Assembly: GCA_965203855.1 (NCBI GenBank) | Contig: CBDBDN010000005.1 | Span: 321,804-385,803 of the forward strand | DNA: 64,000 bases | Origin: Dehalococcoidia bacterium | GTDB lineage: Bacteria > Chloroflexota > Dehalococcoidia > Lucifugimonadales > UBA3495 | Reading direction: 5' to 3' | Shown: piece after piece, positions 9,449-18,376 of the stretch | How positions within the stretch are numbered: position 1 is the first letter of the stretch | Layout: each line of letters starts with the position of its first letter | Notes under the pieces: model-generated | The model's database searches: none | What the model saw: the letters and a program-made list of their open reading frames with translations, nothing else | Told to the model about the DNA's origin: nothing | Program-made: the position numbers and the translations under genes

Positions 9449-9803
9449 TGTTCGGTTAGTCCTCCTACAAGTTCTATTGGCAGCGCGCGCGGCGTCAGTT
9501 TCTGCCAAGTCGGTTGGGAATGGGGCAGAATTAAACGCTGATAGCGCCATATTGTCAATAGCGGGTTGCGAAATCCGCGCGCCGGGTAGATGATATGCGG
9601 CGGCGGCTCAGGTATGATATGCGGACGGCAGCCGCCGCCGGAACGCCGTTTTGGGGATATGGTTTCTCAGGATGCCGTCTTTCGGGATGCCGAGACTCTG
9701 GGAATGCCATCTACTGGAATGTCGTCTTTTGGAATGCCGAAACTGGCGGAGAAATTCGCTCGCTGCGCTGTCGCTGGGCGGGCGTGAAACCGGAAAATAG
9801 CTG

Positions 9804-10145
9804 ATGCCAACCTGGATGCCGACTATAACGCCGACCCGACTGCTGTATATCGTTTGCGCCGCTGCGGGCGGTTTTGGCGCCGCCGGGTATTTAATCTGGG
9901 CGGTTATCGCCCGGTTCAGTTTCATTGCGGCGCTGAACGACCGGGCGCAGCTGGAGACGAATGTGCTGGTGGTGCTGTGCGCGGCCATCGGGCTGCTGGC
10001 TTTTCCGCTGGGGGCGGCGGCGGGCCTGCTGTGCGCCGTAGTGGTGAACCGTCTGGCCGACTATGCGCGCCGGGCGCTCCGGTCGTCGGGCGACAGCCGG
10101 GGGCATAGTTCCTGGGTAACCCGGCGCGGCCCGCGGGACGGATAG
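9804..10145 (+). CDS. Hypothetical small membrane protein
   Basis: Two hydrophobic helices. There is no other support. Confidence 0.3.
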   Translation: MPTWMPTITPTRLLYIVCAAAGGFGAAGYLIWAVIARFSFIAALNDRAQLETNVLVVLCAAIGLLAFPLGAAAGLLCAVVVNRLADYARRALRSSGDSRGHSSWVTRRGPRDG

Positions 10146-10307
10146 GCCGCTGCCGTCGGGGTTTTACTTTTACGCCGATGGACAGGAGGGACGGGATTTC
10201 GGCTTTGGAGGAGTTGTGTATAATGCGGGGCAGTTCCGGCGGATACTGTGGCCGGCGCGTCCGGGCGGCCCAAGCAAGCGGCCCGGAATTGGACAAGGAG
10301 ATTACCG

Positions 10308-10676
10308 ATGCCGCAATTTTTACGCGTCTATACCGGGTCGGACGGGCAGTCGCATCTGGAGCCCTACGAGCCGCCATTTGAGGACTTTGTGGATACCGAG
10401 GGGGCCTACGGGCGGGGGACGCCGTTGCAGCCGACTACGGGGATGACCATACGGGTATCGCCGCCGGATTACTTTCTGGATTTCCACTGCGCGCCGCGGC
10501 GGCAATACACGGTGACGCTGTCCGGGCAGGCCGAAATCGGGTTGGGCGACGGCAGCATTTACCGGGTTGGGCCTGGCGATGTGCTGCTGGCGGAGGATTT
10601 GACCGGGCAGGGGCATACTACGCGGGTGGTGGGCGGCGGAGAGCGCGTTTATCTGGTGATACCGCTTGCCGACTGA
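10308..10676 (+). CDS. Cupin-domain protein
   Basis: AAGGAG sits 9 nt before the ATG at 10308. Beta-rich, with GDVLLAEDLTGQGHTT in a cupin-like motif region. Confidence 0.65.
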   Translation: MPQFLRVYTGSDGQSHLEPYEPPFEDFVDTEGAYGRGTPLQPTTGMTIRVSPPDYFLDFHCAPRRQYTVTLSGQAEIGLGDGSIYRVGPGDVLLAEDLTGQGHTTRVVGGGERVYLVIPLAD

Positions 10677-10740
10677 CGGCGGCGTTCCGGTAACCGTCAT
10701 TCCTATAACCGTCATTTCGGTATCTACGGTAACGGAGCCG

Positions 10741-11056
10741 GCAGTCATAGATTCCGGCTTGCGCCGGAATGACGGTGAATATGACTGCCGGTTACGGTGA
10801 ATATGACTGTCGGAAATGGCGCCGGCAAGGGTAGATTCCGGCTTGCGCCGGAATGACGGGGAATGTGCCTGCCGGTTGCGGGGAATGTGCCTGCCGGTTA
10901 TGGGGCCGGCAAGGATAGATTCCGGCTTGCGCCGGAATGACAGTGCATATGACTGACGGTTACGGTGAATATGACTGCCGGTTATGGGGCCGGCAAGGAT
11001 AGATTCCGGCTTGCGCCGGAATGACGGTGAATGTGCCTGCCGGGATGATGGTGAAT
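10741..11056. repeat. Tandem array of four 84-bp units, each carrying the REP-like palindrome ATTCCGGC-TTGC-GCCGGAAT
   Basis: Palindromes at 10751-10770, 10835-10854, 10919-10938 and 11003-11022, an exact 84-nt period. Each unit also holds two ~21-nt subrepeats (GGTGAATATGACTGCCGGTTA). Confidence 0.9.
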
Positions 11057-12370
11057 ATGACTACACGCCCGGGTTCCGCCCCTGCCGCATCCGGTTGGGG
11101 CGGCGTTTTTTATGGCTGGTGGGTGCTGGCGGCGGCGGCGGCGCTGGGGTTTTTCGCTTTTGGAGTAGTGATACCGGGGTTTCTGGCGTTTTCGGTGCCG
11201 GTGCGGGCGGAGCTGGGGCTGTCGGCGGCGCAGACGGCTTTTATCGTGGGCGCGGCCTGGGGCGTGGGCGACATTACGACGCTGCTGTCGGGCTGGCTGG
11301 CGGATCGTTACGGGGCGCGGCGGCTGGTACTGGCGGGCGGGCTGCTGTGCGGCGCCGGGTTTGCGGCGATGGGATTGGCCGGCTCTTTCTGGGGGATAGC
11401 GCTGGCGTATTCGGCAGCGGCGTCGGCCGGGCGCGGGCTGGGCATATTTCCGACGCTGATGACGGCGGTGAACCAGTGGTTTCAGCGGCGGAAAGCGTTT
11501 GCGATTACGGTAGTCAGCACGGCGGTAACGGCGGGGGCGGCGGCGCTGCTGCCGGCGATGTCATACGCGGCGGCGCAGTGGGATTGGCGCAGCGCGGCAT
11601 TTGTGTGCGGCGGGCTGGTAGCGCTGCTGACGCTGCCGGCGGCGGCGATTATCCGCAGCCGGCCGGAGGATTTGGGGCTGCTGCCGTATGGCGCCGATGC
11701 GGAGGTATATGCCGAGGCGCGCCGCCGTCCGGCAAGCCGGGCCGGCCGCAATCGCCGGGATGACAGGGCTGCGGAGCCGTCGGCTTCGGCAATGCCGGAT
11801 TATACGGTGGGGCAGGCGGCAGTTACGCTGGCTTTCGGGGCATTGGCCGCGGGGGCAATCCTGCGCACGGTTACCTCTGATGTGCTGGTAATTAACCAGA
11901 TACCGATACTGGTCTGGAAAGGGGTTGACGCCGAGCGCGCCGGGCTGTATTTGTCGCTGACTTACTTTGCGACGATACCGGCGCGCTTTGTGATGGGACT
12001 GGCGGCGTCGTGGATTGCGCCGCGTCATTTGCTGGGCGGGAGTATGGCGGCGGTTGCGGTGTGTACGGGGGCGGCGGTACTGCTGCGGGGGGATGCGGCG
12101 GCCTGGCTGCTGATTACGGCCGCTGCGCTGGGGCAAGGGGTAAGCGCGGCGGCGTGGATTGCGCTGGGGTCGTATTTTGGGCGGCGCAGTTTCGGCACTT
12201 TGGTGGGGATGATAACGGTGGCATACGGGGTCAGCGGGCTGATATTTCCGTCGCTAGCGGGAGCGGCGTTTGACCGGACGGGGAGTTTTACGCTGGCGCT
12301 GCTGGTGATTGCCGGGTTGCAGGCGGCGTCGGCGGGGGCGTTTGCGCTGGTGCGGCGGCCGGGGGGCTAG
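11057..12370 (+). CDS. MFS transporter
   Basis: About 12 TM segments and a GWLADRYGARR motif. Start placed at the ATG at 11057 because the earlier in-frame codons lie inside the repeat array. Confidence 0.8.
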   Translation: MTTRPGSAPAASGWGGVFYGWWVLAAAAALGFFAFGVVIPGFLAFSVPVRAELGLSAAQTAFIVGAAWGVGDITTLLSGWLADRYGARRLVLAGGLLCGAGFAAMGLAGSFWGIALAYSAAASAGRGLGIFPTLMTAVNQWFQRRKAFAITVVSTAVTAGAAALLPAMSYAAAQWDWRSAAFVCGGLVALLTLPAAAIIRSRPEDLGLLPYGADAEVYAEARRRPASRAGRNRRDDRAAEPSASAMPDYTVGQAAVTLAFGALAAGAILRTVTSDVLVINQIPILVWKGVDAERAGLYLSLTYFATIPARFVMGLAASWIAPRHLLGGSMAAVAVCTGAAVLLRGDAAAWLLITAAALGQGVSAAAWIALGSYFGRRSFGTLVGMITVAYGVSGLIFPSLAGAAFDRTGSFTLALLVIAGLQAASAGAFALVRRPGG

Positions 12371-12421
12371 GGGGTGTGGGCATATTCATCGCAATTCCGA
12401 TTCAATGCCTCTATAACCGTC

Positions 12422-12483
12422 ATTCCGGTGAAAACCGGAATCCCCCCGATGCGGATGGATTTCGATTTGCACCGGAATGACGG
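12422..12483. repeat. REP-like palindrome copy (ATTCCGG-TGAAAA-CCGGAAT) plus a CCGGAATGACGG half-site
   Basis: Same core as the 10.7-kb array. Intergenic, downstream of the MFS gene. Confidence 0.6.
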
Positions 12484-12631
12484 TTGTAGGGGCGCCGAAA
12501 TGACGAAAAGTATACGTCCGACTGCGGTAATTTGAACATTACTATGTAAGGCCAGCTGATGACGCAAAGAAACTTGCTGCTTTCAACGCAAAGCTACGGC
12601 AAGCCAACAAACCGTCGGCTAAATCTTAACC

Positions 12632-12684
12632 TTGCGATGGTGCCGGGTTGCCGCTTTATTTGCGGCAACCCGGCACCATCGCAA
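12632..12684. other. Perfect 23-bp inverted repeat with a 7-nt AT loop, function unknown
   Basis: TTGCGATGGTGCCGGGTTGCCGC-TTTATTT-GCGGCAACCCGGCACCATCGCAA read directly. It lies at the edge of a lower-GC islet. Confidence 0.6.
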
Positions 12685-12872
12685 CCATCCGTCACTTCGG
12701 CTTATCCGCCGCTTTCGCCTGTGGGTTGGCCTCCGTAGGCAATTTGCCCCCCGGCGGCTTGCTGGAATCCCACGCTTTCGAGGATGTTTTCCTGGGGCCG
12801 GTCCCTATCAACTGGACTGTTTTGCCCTTGAATGTAGGCCGCTTGTCGTCTGGTGGCATAGTTCATCTCCTG

Positions 12873-13622
12873 CTATGTGCTGCTTTTATCGCTTTCCAGC
12901 ACTATATCATGGAACGTGGTTGCAGTCCAGCCTTGCGCGGAACGCGAACCCTCCGAATGTGCATGGTTGTAGAAGTACGAATATACCAGAATCGTCCTTG
13001 TGTCCTTTGAAATTATGAATTCGCCCGGCTCATGATGAGATTCACCCGGCTCCACAATCAGTTTATTGGGATCGCGCTGACGATGAATTTCATCCAGTAA
13101 AGGCCAGTCAATATTTTGGGGATCATCGGGATTGAATGCTTGTTTATAGAGGCGTTCAACATAGTCATCGCTCAAAGGCTGTATTTGATGAATACGAAAG
13201 AAACCCTGACGAATTTCTACTTTGACCTTTGAGCTGTTGTGCAAGGTAGTCATTACGGAGATATGGGCATACTGCGTTCCAACGGCGCGGCTGGCAACCG
13301 ATTGCGTGACCGTCAGATGCGGCTCAAAATCACGGAACAGTTGCAACTTGCGATATGCAAAAACGCCGCCCACCAGGATTAGCAAAGCCTACACAAAACC
13401 CTGTACGATGCTTACAACATCCCGGATTCTGCTAATCTCGGTTGGGCTGGTCTGATTCCGCGCCGCATCTGACAGCCAAAAATTCAGACCCCAAACCGCC
13501 ACACCCAAGATGCCGACAACGACCAACATTTCAATTGCCAGCCGCCAGTAAGGCCGTAACCGCCGCCATAGCTTCCGCATACTGACACCCCCCGGTCTAT
13601 CGCGAACCCGCTTGCCGTCCAT
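12873..13622 (-). pseudogene. Two-TM membrane protein with a C-terminal soluble domain, interrupted by an in-frame TAG
   Basis: ORFs 13389..13622 and 12873..13385 are in the same frame, separated by TAG (13389-13391) plus one codon. The stop falls inside a hydrophobic stretch (VVSIVQGFV*ALLILVGGVFAY). Confidence 0.6.
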
Positions 13623-13834
13623 CTGCCAGCCCTAACCCCGCAACCGCGATTGTATCATACCTTACGCCGCGCCTCGGCAACGCAGCGTAAGCCTCCCCGT
13701 TTCGCCCTTGCCTGGACGAACCACCCCATCTACGCCTGCTCCCCCTGCACCGCCGCCGCCCCATTCCCGCTACAATATAACCAGCAATTCACCCCGATAC
13801 CCCGGCATCCCCCAGCAACCCCAGGAGGCCCCTC

Positions 13835-15739
13835 ATGGTTCAGCAAGGACAGATTGACCATCTTTTGCAGGAGGCCGGCGAAATCCCGCCGCCGTCCCAT
13901 GTTTCCGCCCAGGCTACCCTGGCCGACTATGACGCCGTTTATCAGCGTTCCGTTGCCGACCCGCAAGGGTTCTGGGCCGAGGCCGCCGCCGAACTGCACT
14001 GGTTCCGACCCTGGGATGCAGTGTTCCAGTGGGATTACCCCAACTTCCGCTGGTTCGTCGGCGGGCAGACCAACATCGCCTACAACGCCTTGGACCGCCA
14101 TCTCGCTACGGAACGGCGCAACAAAGCCGCCCTCATCTGGCTGGGCGAGGATGGTGCGGAGCAGGTCTATACCTATGCCCGCTTGGCGCAGCAGGTCAAC
14201 CGCTGCGCCAACGGCCTCAAATCTCTGGGCATCGGCAAGGGCGACCGCGTGGTCATCTATATGCCGCTTACCCCCGAAGGCGCCATCAGTATGCTGGCCT
14301 GCGCCCGCATCGGCGCTATCCACAGCGTGGTCTATGCCGGTTTCAGCGTCGGCTCTCTCCGCGACCGCATCCAGGACGCCCAGGCCAAAGCGCTGATTAC
14401 CGGCGATGTCGGTTATCGTCGGGGCGGCAAAGTTGACCTGAAAAGCATCGCCGACGCGGCCGTCGTCGGCTGCGACAGCCTGGACGCCGTCATCGTCTGG
14501 CGGCGCGAACTGCCCCGCGCCGACCTGCGCCCCGGCGAAACCGACTTTGACGAACTGCTGGCCGGCCAGTCCATTGACTGCCCCGCTGAAGTAATGGACG
14601 CCGAGGATCCGCTCTACATCCTCTACACCAGCGGCACTACCGGCAAGCCCAAGGGCGTCGTCCATGTCCACGGCGGCTATATGGTAGGCACCCATTACCA
14701 TTTCAAGAACTTCTGGGATGTCAAAGACAACGACGTTTTCTGGTGTATGTCCGACATTGGCTGGGTTGTCGGCCACAGCTACATCGTTTATGCGCCGCTG
14801 GTGGCCGGCGCTACTACGGTGTTCCGCGAGGGCGCGCCCGATTTCCCGCACAACGCCGTTTTCTACGAAGTCATTGAAAAATACGGCGTCAATGTGATTT
14901 TCACGGCGCCCACCGCCGTGCGGATGCTGATGCGCTACGGCGACGAGCCGGCTCGCCGCTACAACCTCCGTTCCCTCCGCTTTCTGACCTGCGCCGGCGA
15001 ACCGCTGAACCCCGAAGCCCTGCGCTGGGCCTACGAGCATATCTGCGGCGGCGGCGAATGGGCGCATATGGTGGACAACTGGTGGCAGACCGAAACCGGC
15101 GGCCCCTGCCTCGGCACTACCGCTACTATGGCCGCCCGGCCCGGACGCGTCGGCAAGCCGCTGCCCGGCGCCGTTATGGACATCGTCGACCGGGAGGGCC
15201 AGTCCATTGAGGAACCGGACAAAGGCGGGCTGCTGGTCATCCGGCGTCCGTTCCCCCATTTCTCCCGCACCGTGTGGGGCGACCACGACCGCTACGCCGA
15301 TACCTGGCAGCAGATTCCCGGCGTCTATTTATCCGGCGATGTAGCCCTGCGCGACGCCGACGGCTACTATATGGTCGTCGGCCGCGCCGACGATGTGCTG
15401 AATGTAGCCGGCCATCGCATCGGCTCTGCCGAAGTGGAAAGCGCGCTGGTGTCGCATCCCGAAGTCGCCGAGGCCGCCGTCATCGGCAAGCCTGACGAGC
15501 TGCGCGGCGAAGTCATCAAAGGATTCGTAACGCTGCGTATGGGCAGCGCGGGCTCCGACCGGATGATTCACGAACTGCAACAGCACGTACGCCAGGAGCT
15601 GGGCCCCATCGCCGTGCCGGCCGAAATTGAGTTCACGCCAACGCTCCCCAAAACCCGCTCCGGCAAGATAATGCGCCGCCTGCTCAAAGCCCAGGAACTG
15701 GGCCTGGACCCGGGCGACATCACTACGCTGGAGGACTGA
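13835..15739 (+). CDS. acs: Acetyl-CoA synthetase (acetate--CoA ligase)
   Basis: AGGAGG before the ATG. Matching segments are FWAEAA...NIAYNALDRH, YTSGTTGKPKGV, WWQTETGG and a C-terminal LPKTRSGKIMRRLL. Confidence 0.95.
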   Translation: MVQQGQIDHLLQEAGEIPPPSHVSAQATLADYDAVYQRSVADPQGFWAEAAAELHWFRPWDAVFQWDYPNFRWFVGGQTNIAYNALDRHLATERRNKAALIWLGEDGAEQVYTYARLAQQVNRCANGLKSLGIGKGDRVVIYMPLTPEGAISMLACARIGAIHSVVYAGFSVGSLRDRIQDAQAKALITGDVGYRRGGKVDLKSIADAAVVGCDSLDAVIVWRRELPRADLRPGETDFDELLAGQSIDCPAEVMDAEDPLYILYTSGTTGKPKGVVHVHGGYMVGTHYHFKNFWDVKDNDVFWCMSDIGWVVGHSYIVYAPLVAGATTVFREGAPDFPHNAVFYEVIEKYGVNVIFTAPTAVRMLMRYGDEPARRYNLRSLRFLTCAGEPLNPEALRWAYEHICGGGEWAHMVDNWWQTETGGPCLGTTATMAARPGRVGKPLPGAVMDIVDREGQSIEEPDKGGLLVIRRPFPHFSRTVWGDHDRYADTWQQIPGVYLSGDVALRDADGYYMVVGRADDVLNVAGHRIGSAEVESALVSHPEVAEAAVIGKPDELRGEVIKGFVTLRMGSAGSDRMIHELQQHVRQELGPIAVPAEIEFTPTLPKTRSGKIMRRLLKAQELGLDPGDITTLED

Positions 15740-15791
15740 CGGCAGAACTGCGCCTTTTGACGGACGCGCCGCGGCGCCGGACCATACGGCA

Positions 15792-15999
15792 ATGAACGGG
15801 CCGGAATTCGTGCGACGCGCCCGTCGTTACGCCAGACGCCACGGGCTGGATTACTATTTCGACCCTACGCAGGGCAAAGGGAGCCACGGGACTTTGCATC
15901 TGAGCGATCATCAAACTACGGTTCAGCGCGGAGAGATTCCCCGGAGAACATTTTTTTGCCATGCTGCGGCAGCTGCGGATTGAAGCGAAGGAGTTCTGA
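15792..15999 (+). pseudogene. hicA: HicA-family toxin, frameshifted at a T7 run
   Basis: GKGSHGTLHL...TTVQRGEIPRRTFF is followed by a T7 run (15951-15957). With T6 the frame continues AMLRQLRIEAKEF* and stops 2 nt before hicB. Confidence 0.7.
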
Positions 16000-16001
16000 C
16001 T

Positions 16002-16436
16002 ATGCGATACCTTTACCCCTGCAACATTGTAGGCAGCGCGGCCGACGGAGATGGGTTTGCAGCTACATTTCCCGACGTGCCAGGCGCCGTCACCGGCGGC
16101 TTTACATTCAAGGAAACTCTCATCCTGGCCGAGGACTGCCTGGTAGCAGCTCTAGGCGCATATATTGACCGCCAGCGCGCTCTGCCCATTCCCAGCCCGA
16201 TGCAAGACGGCCAGGAACTGCTGACCGTGCAGCCGGTTATCGCCGCCCAGCTTGACCTCTACACCGCTATGCGCGAGCAGAACATCAGCCGGGCCGACTT
16301 GGCAGAGCGACTGGGTATCAGCGTTGCAGAAGCGAGCAAACTGCTGCGCCTTGACTACGGCACGCCTATCAGCCGGATCAACAAGGCTCTGCATACCCTC
16401 GGTTGCGGACTGTCGACAGCAGACCGGGCCGCTTGA
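16002..16436 (+). CDS. hicB: HicB-family antitoxin with a C-terminal HTH
   Basis: The N-terminal HicB fold segment reads GFAATFPDVPGAVTGGFTFKETLILAEDCL. The C-terminal XRE-like part reads ISRADLAERLGISVAEASKLL. Confidence 0.85.
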   Translation: MRYLYPCNIVGSAADGDGFAATFPDVPGAVTGGFTFKETLILAEDCLVAALGAYIDRQRALPIPSPMQDGQELLTVQPVIAAQLDLYTAMREQNISRADLAERLGISVAEASKLLRLDYGTPISRINKALHTLGCGLSTADRAA

Positions 16437-16467
16437 CCATCACATATATGCAGCAAGGAGCAGCCCT

Positions 16468-16890
16468 ATGGACATCAGCCAAATCTATCGGCAATATCCC
16501 CATCTCCGCATCGACTACGGCGGCGTGCAGGGCATCATCAAGGCCCTGCCGGCTGCCGGCGGAAGCCGCAAATACCTGGTAGCGGAGCAGCTCACCGACC
16601 GGGAAGTGGAGTGCATCGTCCCGCCCGAACTGGCGCAGCAGGCAGACGCCGCCGCCGCCGAACATCGCCGCGTGGAAATGTCCGGCAAATTGTACCGCAA
16701 TGCGGACGGCGCCAAAGAGCGCGTGGAAGTCAGCCATATCTTGGTAATGCCCGAAGCCCACGAACTGCCGTCGCTGGACGAACTGGCGGGCAGCCTGCCC
16801 AACATCACCGGAGGCCGCAGCGTCGAGGAACATCTCCGCATACTCCGTAGCGAAGGCTACGACGACTACCCGGATCCCTACGATGACTAG
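16468..16890 (+). CDS. Hypothetical 140-aa protein, candidate partner or antitoxin of the downstream PIN protein
   Basis: AAGGAG before the ATG. 8-nt overlap (ATGACTAG) with the PIN gene. No recognisable DNA-binding fold. Confidence 0.5.
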   Translation: MDISQIYRQYPHLRIDYGGVQGIIKALPAAGGSRKYLVAEQLTDREVECIVPPELAQQADAAAAEHRRVEMSGKLYRNADGAKERVEVSHILVMPEAHELPSLDELAGSLPNITGGRSVEEHLRILRSEGYDDYPDPYDD

Positions 16891-17338
16891 CCCGCCACGG
16901 TTACGCTATGCTGATTCATCGCTCCTGTTGGCATTGCTCAACAGGGAGAGTATCGCGACGGGTACTGGGACGACCCGGTTCAATGCCGCGCTCCGCGTTT
17001 TCCGAAACGCCGCCGCCGGCGAATATCGGATGCTCACGTCGGTGTTGACTATTGCCGAAGTACGCACTACGCCAGGCGGTACACTAGCCTCCGATCTGCC
17101 ACAGAGCGAAGGCGGCATCTTTGCGCTGCCGTACCTGCGCCTCGTAAGTGTTGATACGGAAATAGCCTTTGCTGCACAGCGTATGGGCGATGAATATGGA
17201 CTGAAACCGCCCGACGCCATCCACCTGGCAACCGCTATCCAATACAACTGCGCCGAATTGCTGGTTTGGGATGACGCCTTTATCCGCCGCGTCAACCGCC
17301 GCCCCATCCCCGGCCTGCGGGTTTGCGAACCCTATTGA
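16883..17338 (+). CDS. PIN-domain ribonuclease (VapC-like)
   Basis: Acidic positions sit in YADSS, LTIAEV, PDAIHLATA and VWDD, the typical PIN spacing. Confidence 0.8.
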   Translation: MTSPPRLRYADSSLLLALLNRESIATGTGTTRFNAALRVFRNAAAGEYRMLTSVLTIAEVRTTPGGTLASDLPQSEGGIFALPYLRLVSVDTEIAFAAQRMGDEYGLKPPDAIHLATAIQYNCAELLVWDDAFIRRVNRRPIPGLRVCEPY

Positions 17339-17393
17339 TTGTTGCGATGGGTTATAATCGGGCCAACCTTTCCATTCTATATGGAGAACCGCA

Positions 17394-18347
17394 ATGCCGC
17401 TTGACGACTTGACCGGCGTAATTGAAACGCTGCAACAGCGCATCCGCCAGCACGGCGCAACCTTGCGGGCCAATGAAACCCGGACTCGGATGGCCCTGAT
17501 TGACCCATTGCTGTGCGCCTTGGGGTGGGATACTGCCGACCCGGCTCTCGTTACGCCGGAATATCGCGTCGACGTGGGATGGGCGGACTATGCCCTGCAT
17601 GGCCCCGGAACCCAACCGATTGCCGTCATTGAAGCCAAACGGCTGGGTTCAATTGTCGACAACCACTTGGAGCAAGCAGTGGGATACTGCATCCAGCAAG
17701 GCATTGCTTACGCTGGAGTCACCGACGGCAGTCATTGGCAGCTGTACCGTACTTTCGAGCCGGTGCCGCTAGTTGATAAACTGGTGCTAGACATTCATAT
17801 CGCCGATGCGCCGGCCCATCAATCTGCTCTCCAACTGCTGCTCCTCTGGCGCCCCAACTTGTCCTCGGGCCAACCGACGCCGGCCAGCGCGCCGATCCTG
17901 GCAGCGCCGCCACCACCATCTCCTGTTGAGCCAATACATCATCAAACGCCATCCGATCAATCTCAATCAGAATGGGTTGCGCTGTCGTCATTTACCTGGA
18001 ACAAAGGCGCGCAGGTCCCGCCGTTAATTAAGTTCTCCGACGGAAGCGAACATCCGGCGCAACGCTGGCGGCATTTGGTAGAAATAGCCGCAACTTGGCT
18101 GTGGTCAAAGGGCCTGTTGACGCCGTCCAACTTGCCAGTATCGGTGCCTGGCGGTTCGCGCTACGTGGTTAGTTCGGAACCGATTCACAGCTCAGGTAAT
18201 CCTTTCATAGCCCCGCAAGCCATACCGGGGACTACGGCAGTCATTGAGGGCAACGTTGGCGGTGCACAAGCAATCAGCTACGCAAAAACCCTACTGCAAC
18301 ACTGCGGCGTCAACCCCGCCGAAGTATTCCTCAAAACCGGCCCCTAA
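17394..18347 (+). CDS. HsdR_N-like (type I restriction R-subunit N-terminal, PD-(D/E)XK-type) domain protein with an unassigned C-terminal domain
   Basis: NETRTRMALIDPLLCALGW ... YRVDVGWADYAL ... AVIEAKRLG is the characteristic HsdR_N pattern. A Pro-rich linker and then ~130 aa of unknown sequence follow. Confidence 0.65.
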   Translation: MPLDDLTGVIETLQQRIRQHGATLRANETRTRMALIDPLLCALGWDTADPALVTPEYRVDVGWADYALHGPGTQPIAVIEAKRLGSIVDNHLEQAVGYCIQQGIAYAGVTDGSHWQLYRTFEPVPLVDKLVLDIHIADAPAHQSALQLLLLWRPNLSSGQPTPASAPILAAPPPPSPVEPIHHQTPSDQSQSEWVALSSFTWNKGAQVPPLIKFSDGSEHPAQRWRHLVEIAATWLWSKGLLTPSNLPVSVPGGSRYVVSSEPIHSSGNPFIAPQAIPGTTAVIEGNVGGAQAISYAKTLLQHCGVNPAEVFLKTGP

Positions 18348-18376
18348 CCTCAACCGCGCAACTCAAAGTGAAAACT

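Noticed and set aside
10741-11056. Possible CRISPR array (a 20-25-nt palindromic repeat at a regular 84-nt period)
   Set aside because: The 'spacers' are themselves near-identical to each other and internally repeated. No cas genes or leader are nearby, and single copies of the palindrome are scattered in other intergenic regions. This is a REP/minisatellite-type array.
13389-13391. The in-frame TAG as a pyrrolysine codon or programmed read-through
   Set aside because: No pyl genes or read-through context are visible. The stop lies in a hydrophobic helix of an AT-rich orphan gene, so a simple nonsense mutation is the economical explanation.
13730-15286. 518-aa minus-strand ORF
   Set aside because: It is antisense to acs. 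This is a shadow ORF.
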